The translations under genes were made by a program, and so were the position numbers. A stretch of 64,000 nt of DNA from NCBI RefSeq assembly GCF_009914755.1, contig NC_060927.1. The stretch is one strand, 5' to 3'. This document shows positions 55,591-64,000 of this stretch, in pieces; within the stretch, counting starts at the first letter, position 1, and each line of letters begins with the position of its first letter. Source of the DNA: the human T2T-CHM13v2.0 reference genome, Homo sapiens. The notes beneath the pieces are model-generated. The model was not told where the DNA came from, ran no database searches, and worked only from the letters and a program-made list of their open reading frames with translations.

Positions 55591-57182
55591 AAATACAACT
55601 AAGATATGGGTAATTGTTATCTTTACCTCGATTTCAATTCACTCAAGAACCCAATATTTAGTAAGCTGTTACTAGATGCTGACAGTATTCTAGGTATTTA
55701 TACAGTTACGTCATGCAAATCTCACAACATCTATGTGAGTTATGTACCTTGCCATTCTCACTAAGCTAGACTCTGTGCCACAAAGCCTGAGATAACCATG
55801 GTAGTTGCTAACTAGATGCAAACTTCTCACACAAAATATATTGACTTTATATGAGAATGAAAAAAATAATATGCTACAGCCAACTATTTCAAAGATAAAT
55901 AACAGCATCAAAACTTTACAATGATCATGATTTATGAGTATGTAATGAGTAAATAAAATACTATTTATGTATTGTATATTAAGGTAATATAGCAAATAGA
56001 AGTAAGCGAACAGGAATAGATATTATTGATGTGAGTAGACACTAATTTTGTACTACGGAATGTTTTAAGATAATTTGGAATTGGTTGCTTTGTATCAAAT
56101 TTCATGTTAATATTGATAAGACATTTTCAAAAACTTGAACACTTTGTCAGTAAGCAGCTGATATTTTGAAGGAAAATATGTAAAAGCTTGCCTAAATCAT
56201 TAGATATGGAATGAAAATATTTATTCTAAAAATGACATATTTTTTCATTCTGAATTCTATATCTTTGAAGCTTTATTAGTCTTTTCTAATGAGAGAAAGT
56301 TTCAAGTAATCAAAAGCATTATTATACCCTTGCAGAATTCTGATCATTTTCAGACTTCACATATACAAAAAGGTGATTTTCAGTATGTCTATTTGGAGTT
56401 TCTGTTAAGAAAATTAAATAAAAGTGTGTTTATTGGGTATCATGTATGTTAAAAATTAAGCTAAATGATATTTATAGAAAATGTAATTTGAAAATGTCCC
56501 TTAATAATTTTACTATTGTTATATAAAGTCATTGGAATATGTTGGTAAAGTATGTGAAAAATATACTTTATGAAGTATACTGAAGATACTTTATGAAGTA
56601 CCATAAAACCTGCCTAGCAAACAATATAAAATTTTCCCAGTTATTTACCATGATATCTAAAAAGTTTTAAATTGCAATCGTAGAATTTCTTCCATAATCA
56701 TTTTTAAAAATTAAACACCTGTTCTGTTAAAATGAGGTAAAGCCAGGAAATAAATGTTTCCATTACAGTCTTCTACGATACAATATATCTATAGGATTAT
56801 CTGGAATGTACCCCTTTAAGATAGATTCTTAGAAGTAGAATTACTAAGCTTAAGTCTTACAAACTTTTAACATCTTGAAAACATTACTAACTTGCATTTT
56901 CAAATAATTAATTATATTATGATTTTGATGTAAAATATCAGGAGTAAGTCAAGCAAAAGAATTGTTTATTATCAGGAGACACAGGAGTTTCTTGGCACTC
57001 ACAGAAAAGAAGGAAGTCAGGCCATAGAGACAGACTGAATAGAAAATGAGGGCACACCTCTCTGACTCTCCTACCTGCTTTTTTTTTTTTTTTTTGTCTC
57101 ACACTTTTTTCCTTCTCTATAGAACAGCCTAGGCTGATTCTCCATCCATGTTCACCTCAAAAATCTCTAGATCATGCCTTAA

Positions 57183-57554
<372 letters not shown>

Positions 57555-58527
57555 TAACTTTTTGGTAAGTTCCAGAAGTATAAAGATGGTTCCCAGTGGT
57601 CCACACTTATGAATGGGTAGGATAGTCCTGGATACATTCAGATGTTTGTAGACAAGGAGGGATAGAACATTGTCTTGGAAGACACCCTTAAAATATGACT
57701 GATGCTCTTATACCATCTTACACTAGCATTAGTGGTGTAAAATCCACAATTGTCTGGCATTCTCATTGTTAGTAATAATGTGTAAATATATATGCCTTAT
57801 TAATCTGATAGGATAATATTTTAATATTTTAATCTGCATTTTTGATTGCTGATATGCTCTGTTTTCAGGTTTATATTTGCTATCTGTATTTATCGTTTTG
57901 TTAATTAACAGATTCTATATTTTATCCTTTTATTTAAAGGCCATTCAGTTTTATTATCCATTTGTGTCTTTTACAAATACACTGAAAATTTTAATTTTCA
58001 TTGCTCTGATCATTGTATGATTAAAATTTTCTTAATGTCTCATCTTTTAAATTTATGCTGGACCTTGGTATACATAGTATTTTATGTAAGAGCTAAACAT
58101 GTGGTTCATTTTTTGCATGCATTTTTAATGATTTCAGACTTTAAAATTTGACCTTATCCAAAGGCTTATTTATTTATTTTTACTTTTGTTTTGTTATTTT
58201 GGCACCTTAAGAAATTTTCTATTGACATTTTAAGCTGCCATATTCTGTATGTTTCTAGAGCTCATTTATAATCACTTAGATAATAATGAAAATTGTAGCT
58301 CAATTTGAAAACTACCAGATAAATAAGAAGAAAATTCTACTTCAATCTAAGATGATAAAAGAAAATATGCAGAAAAGAAGTCTTCGCCAGGTGTTTTTAG
58401 CCTGATTTATTCACCGTATTTCCTCTTAAATTAAGCAAAGGATTGATTTTTTTAAATACTCTGAGTTTCAAAAAAAACCACATCTTGAGAAAAATATATA
58501 TAACCCCAGAAAAAATCCTGTCATACT

Positions 58528-59008
58528 AATATAAAGACACATGCACATGTATGTTTATTGCAGTACTATTCACAATAGCAAAGACTTGGAACCAACCCAA
58601 ATGCCCACCAATGATAGACTGGATTAAGAATAAGTGGCACATATACACCATGGAATACTATCCAGCCGTAAAAAAGAATGAGTTGATGTCCTTTGCAGGG
58701 ATATGGATGAAGCTGGAAACCCATCGTTCTCAGCAAACTAACGCAGGAACAGAAAACCGAAGACCGCATGCTCTCATTCCTAAGTGGGAGCTGAACAATG
58801 AGAACACATGGACACAGGGAGGGAAACCTCATATACCGGGGCCTGTCTGGGAGTGGGGGCTAGTGGAGGGATAGCATTAGAAGAAATATCTAATGTAGAT
58901 GACGGGTTGATGGGTGCGGCAAACCACCATAGTAGGTGTATACCTATTTAACAAACCTGCACGTTCTGCACATGTATCCCAGAACTTAAAGTATAATTTT
59001 AAAAAAAT
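58528..59008 (+). mobile_element. L1PA 3' end (ORF2 C-terminus + 3'UTR)
   Basis: Supplied ORF MFIAVLFTIAKTWNQPKCP...WHIYTMEYY is the L1 ORF2 C-terminus; ends cccagaacttaaagtataat. Confidence 0.93.
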
Positions 59009-59009
59009 A

Positions 59010-59320
59010 GCTGGGCGCGGTGGCTCATGCCTGTAATCCCAGCACTTTGGGAGACCGAGGCGGGCGGATCACCTGAGGTCAGGAGATCGAGACCAGCCTG
59101 GCCAGCATGACAAAACCCCGTCTCTACTAAAAATTCAAAAATTAGCCAGGCGTGGTGGCGGGCTGTAATTCCAGCTGCTTGGGAGGCTGAGGCCTGGAGA
59201 ATCGCTTGAACTCGGGAGGCGGAGGTTGCAGTGAGCCGAGGTGGCGCCCTTGCACTCCAGCCTGGGCGACAGAGCAAGACTCTGTCTCAAAAAAAAAAAA
59301 AGAAAAAAAGAAAAGAGAAA
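59010..59320 (+). mobile_element. AluS inserted in the L1 A-tail
   Basis: gctgggcgcggtggctcatgcctgtaatcccagcac... with poly-A tail. Confidence 0.95.
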
Positions 59321-59474
59321 AATATGTAACCCCAGAGAAAAATTCTATTAAGAATTAATATTCAAATCTAATTATCTCTGGGTTATATATAAAATTAAAA
59401 CCTCTTTTCCTCTATTTTTCATATTTATGTTTTCTAATTTTTCTACTTTTTTTTTGTGAGTTCAGAAGCAGTAT

Positions 59475-59900
59475 ATATATTCAGCATGGAGATAGATTCT
59501 GTAATTAAACTGTCTGGCTATAAACCCAAGCTTTATACCTTAGTGGCTATACATTGATGGACAAGTAATTTTACCCTTTAGTGTTTTGGGTTATTTTATC
59601 TGTAATATGGAGATAATAGTAATATTAAACCCACTTACAACAATACTTGGCATGTAATAAGCTTTCAATAAATGTTAGCAATTACTAATTGCAAAACTTT
59701 TTAACTATTGTTTATGCATAGTTAGTCTATGTGCTTTATATGTATTATCTCATTTTATTTTCACATTAACCTAGTGATATAGGCACTAGTTTACTGACTG
59801 GGAAACTGAGATAAATTCTTACCAAAGGTCATTCAGTAAGTGGTGAAGCTGGTGTAGTAATATAAGCCACTTAAAGCCTGAGCAAGCTACCTAATACTGT
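59475..59900. mobile_element. Adjacent MIR remnants
   Basis: ttttatctgtaatatggagataatagt and gggaaactgagataa core motifs in opposite orientations. Confidence 0.6.
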
Positions 59901-60262
59901 CCTCTATTATATAAGGAAAATCTATATAGATATTGATATTTGTCTAAGTCTAGTTCTGTATCTCATCTGTGTATCTTCATATGTAGACTTTTTGTTTGTC
60001 ACATAGATTCAGAGAGAAAACATGGAAAGAAAGCTGATTCTCAATGACGTGATGATCTTTTCAACTGTATCTCTGTACAATCCTGTATTAGTATTGCGCT
60101 ATAGTACATGAATGATATGGGCATTATTCCTTGCAGAGCAATAGACTGGAAATGCTGAATAACCCCATTCAATAATGTGTTCAATTGATGCTAATAATTG
60201 TTATTTCCACCAACTTGCAATTCAAATTACTTTGAACTGATTACAAGTTGTGGATAATTCAT

Positions 60263-60289
60263 ACACACACACACACACGCACACACACA
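60263..60289. repeat. (CA)n microsatellite
   Basis: Direct reading. Confidence 0.9.
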
Positions 60290-63200
60290 TATGATATAAA
60301 GACAAAGGAATTAAGATGGGGGCTTCCATTACAATAAGAAAGTGAAAATGAATCTAAATTAATTTATTCAGTTAGCTTAAGTGGCAGTAAAATGTTGTAT
60401 TTCCACAACTCATAACCTTTGAAAAGATGATAAGTTTTACTCAAAGTAGTTTATTAAGAAAAGGTTACTCAGCCATATGGTTTAAAAAGGGACTCTGCCA
60501 CACTGGAAGCAGACATTATTTAAGGCACATATCAGTCATGCATGCCATGTTGGGCTCTTTATTGATAGTGAAAACAACAATGAATGTACACATTATGTAG
60601 ATCGCCCTTGCTTAAATTAGTTTATATACAGAAATCAAGGTTCTTTATTGCCCAAGGAAGAGATAATGTTGACGGTTTGCAACCTTGCTGAAGATGAATG
60701 CTCTCTTAATGCTGTCTAAAGGGTAAACTTGTAACTTATGGCAAATAAATGTCAAGGTGAGACGCTGACTTAGAAATGATGCTCGCCCATAAGGGCTATC
60801 TCTCTGTTGTACTATAGCTCAGGGGTAGATTTATCATTTGTCTCACTTAAATAGATCCATCCTTGTCCAAACAATATACCACTGTGTCTGAGTTAATTTA
60901 GTTGGAAAATCTCTTTGCTCTGAATTTTCTTAGACCACATTAATAGATAATGCATAGAGGTACATTTTAGAGTGTGTAAATCTTTCACAAGAGATATGTT
61001 TGCTATTGCACTTGAATAAGAAGTCAGATTTTCATTCCTTATGCCCATGGTGTAAATAAAAGAAAAAATGATTAGCTCTTTAGTAGTCTTACTGGGTGAC
61101 ACAAGGATATCATATGGTGTAATAAGAAATGAATACAGAACATTGCAAATTAAATGACATTGTGCTGAGTGAGTCTGCCACCTTTTTTCATTTAGGCATC
61201 TCTAAAGATGAAAGAAGCAGAATGCTTTCTTAGTTACTGCAATAAGATTATTTAATTATAATCATCTGGCTATGGCTTAGTTCATGACACAAGATAATCT
61301 AATGTAGGGATTGCAGAAGGGAGATGAGGTAAACAGGGGTACAAAGCGGGAAGAAGAAAGGTGTTTCATTTCCTCTGATGGAGATCAAAAGGTATATTTG
61401 ATTATTTGGGATTTCCCAGTGTTTTGTTTTGTTTTGTTGTTGAGGGGGCCTGGACTATGTTAACTAAAAAATTCAGCCTATCAGGATTGTTTAAGGATAT
61501 AGAGACTCAGTCATGTCTCTACAATCCACAAAATTTGGTAAAACAATTTCATAAAAGTGAAGGTAGGCAAAACTTACCATATATCACAATGAAGAATTAG
61601 AAGGCTTTCAGAAGACAGATTCATCCCATGTTCTGCTTTAAGACTCTCTATTCTACCATAAATTGTTTATACAATTTCTGCCTATCCTTGTTTATTTTTT
61701 AACTACTATGTTTCAAAGTATAATTTATGCTGTCTTTTTCCCTACTTAATATTCAGAAATGTAATAGGCAGATGAAGTGCTTATAAATTTTTGTTCCTTC
61801 CGTCGAGAAACTGGGTATCTAATAAATTAAATTTTCATAAATCATTGTTATTCTGAATCACTAAGGAGAGTAGATGTGGCTGAATCTTACTTGATTTATG
61901 ATTCAAGCAGGAAAAAAATGAGTGGTTTGATGGATGTGAGAGAAATAAATGGCAGCATAACTAAATGAATTGAAAAATCCCAGTGACTGGGGGACATTAC
62001 TTAGTGCTTAAGGCTGTTCCTGGCATGTAGCATAGGAATGCAGTACTCTTTTTGATTATTTAGTGATTAATTATTTAGTAATTAAGAATGCAGTACTCTT
62101 TAGTGAAAAGAAAATTGTTTCTTTTATAATAAGATAGTTCTTTCTGAATTCAAAATCAAAATCAGATTCAGTTAATGTTTATTGAACATGTACTTTGTGA
62201 CATATTTGTACAATGTACTTTAAAATACATTGTTATTCTATCATATGCTATTTAAATTGTTATAATTTTAGTGCTTTCCGAGTTATCTGCTCATCTCTGT
62301 CCTATATTTTCACAACATTGTTGGAGAGATTATTGTTTGTAAATTTGTCATTTACCTTTTTATCGGTTTAAAAACAACACGTTCCTATATGTTTCTTATA
62401 GTGTTACTATCACAGAAACATTCAATATGCTGGTTTATATTTAATTCAAAAATCATAATCTTCCCACATACTTTTTTATCAAGTACTAAAATTCTTTCAG
62501 TGCAGGAACTGAACAATTATTGTGCAATTAAATGTAGTGATAAACTCAAGCTTAATTCTTAAGTGTCATGCTGAGGAAGTGAAATATGCTGTCCTCTATG
62601 CAGGGGAAAATGGAGAGAACAGATTAAAGAAAATTTATATGAGAATACTTTCTTATGTCCCAAATAGCAATGAAATATGCATGTATATGTGTAGGTATGA
62701 ATATATGTTTGTATATATATGTGCACGCATGTGTGTGTATATATGTGTGTGTATGTGATTAATTGCTGTCTAGATAATAAAGCTCTGAATAAAATAAATA
62801 TAATAACATTACTTTTGACAGGAGGCTGGAAGTTTAATTAAGAAAAATTGAAAGATTCAATAACAGGTAAATAAAATTATAATTTCTCTCACTGAGACAC
62901 CTGCCTTATACTACATTGATTCTGCAAATGAAAATTGCCACGTTGTGCCCTGCAGGAACTGTCTCTGCAGCTAAAGCTGTTCTTCTCACGGTTCTCAGAG
63001 AACACGTAGGATGTAAACAAAGTGCTCTGACAGAATTTTTTAAAAACTAGGTTAGTTAAATTCTGAATTTTAAAGGATGATAAATAATCAATCTGAGTAA
63101 AACAGCTGACCTGAAAATGTTTGTAGACAATATATTTAAATGCATAAAATAAATTAAATCAATGACATTGATATTATTAAGATACTACAGATAAGCGAAC

Positions 63201-64000
63201 ATTAAAAAGTGAGTTTTCATGAAGTCAGGTAAGGAACTATAAAGTCAGAAGTGACTAGAATCTTCTAATTACTTCATCCTATGAAGTAAGATTATTTTTA
63301 AGCACATTACATGCCATAATAAATACAGTTATTATTCTTCTAATGAAAAATTGAAAAACTGATTCAGAAGTTACAAATGATTAATAGTTAAAAAGTTGAT
63401 AATATTTACAAAATATAAAAACACATGACAATGTTTTCTAAAATACATTCCCTCTTAATAAGCCTGTGTATTGACTAGTTAATACACAGTGAAATAAACA
63501 CGTACCTTAACTTGTCTTACTTTAACTTTATATACTTTCAAGGGATTAAATAGACTGGAGATGGTGAGGGGAAAGAAAAGGATAAGGAAGAGAAGAGGGG
63601 GTCCAGGGAAGAAAGGTGCAGAGACTGAGAAAGATTGACCATTTACCATAAATCTAAAAGGCCCATGTGTGTGTCATGGTAGGTAGGAACATGCACACGG
63701 TACATGTGCGGGAGAAAATAGTGTTCATGTTTCATATGTGCCATATGCAAAAGAAAAATATACCATACAGAAAATTCAGTTTATTGTAATAGAGATGGTA
63801 TAAAGGAAAATATCATAAAGTATTTTGGTTTTGTATTCTTAAATTATTACTTATAGTATCTGCTCTATTTGTGCTTGATATTCGTAATTTGGAGAGAAAA
63901 ATTAGGGAGATGGGAAGGATGAAAATAGAATGCATAGAACAAGTTCTTAGGATTAGTCAATTACGCAAGTTTGTAAAGCTAACTACAAAATTCTAGTTTA

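Noticed and set aside
58551-58874. 107-aa ORF upstream of POU1F1
   Set aside because: C-terminal remnant of L1 ORF2 in a truncated element

Overview
Eukaryotic, human-like primate genomic DNA rather than a microbial window. It is the CHMP2B-POU1F1 locus (human 3p11.2). The complete 6-exon CHMP2B gene (ESCRT-III subunit, 213 aa) lies on the + strand, with ATG at 5879, stop ending at 32169 and a 3'UTR to about 33840. A CpG-island promoter and the MIR4795 hairpin (4558-4646) precede it. The complete 6-exon POU1F1/PIT-1 gene (291 aa alpha form; 317 aa beta form via an upstream exon-2 acceptor) lies convergently on the - strand, with ATG at 54814 and stop ending at 38253. Its TATA box and two Pit-1 autoregulatory sites are visible. 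All 12 coding exons were reconstructed by hand with GT-AG junctions and consistent phases. The rest is intronic or intergenic and rich in Alu, L1, L2, MIR, MaLR/ERVL LTR and Tigger/mariner/hAT fossils; subfamily names are by-eye calls. Nearly all supplied ORFs are chance or repeat-derived. I found no convincing new biological system. The least explained signals are two local 120-140 bp duplications whose apparent donors lie 2-2.5 kb downstream (one landed in the CHMP2B 3'UTR and carries hairpins), two perfect palindromes, a closely spaced inverted Alu pair, and several splice-architecture quirks.
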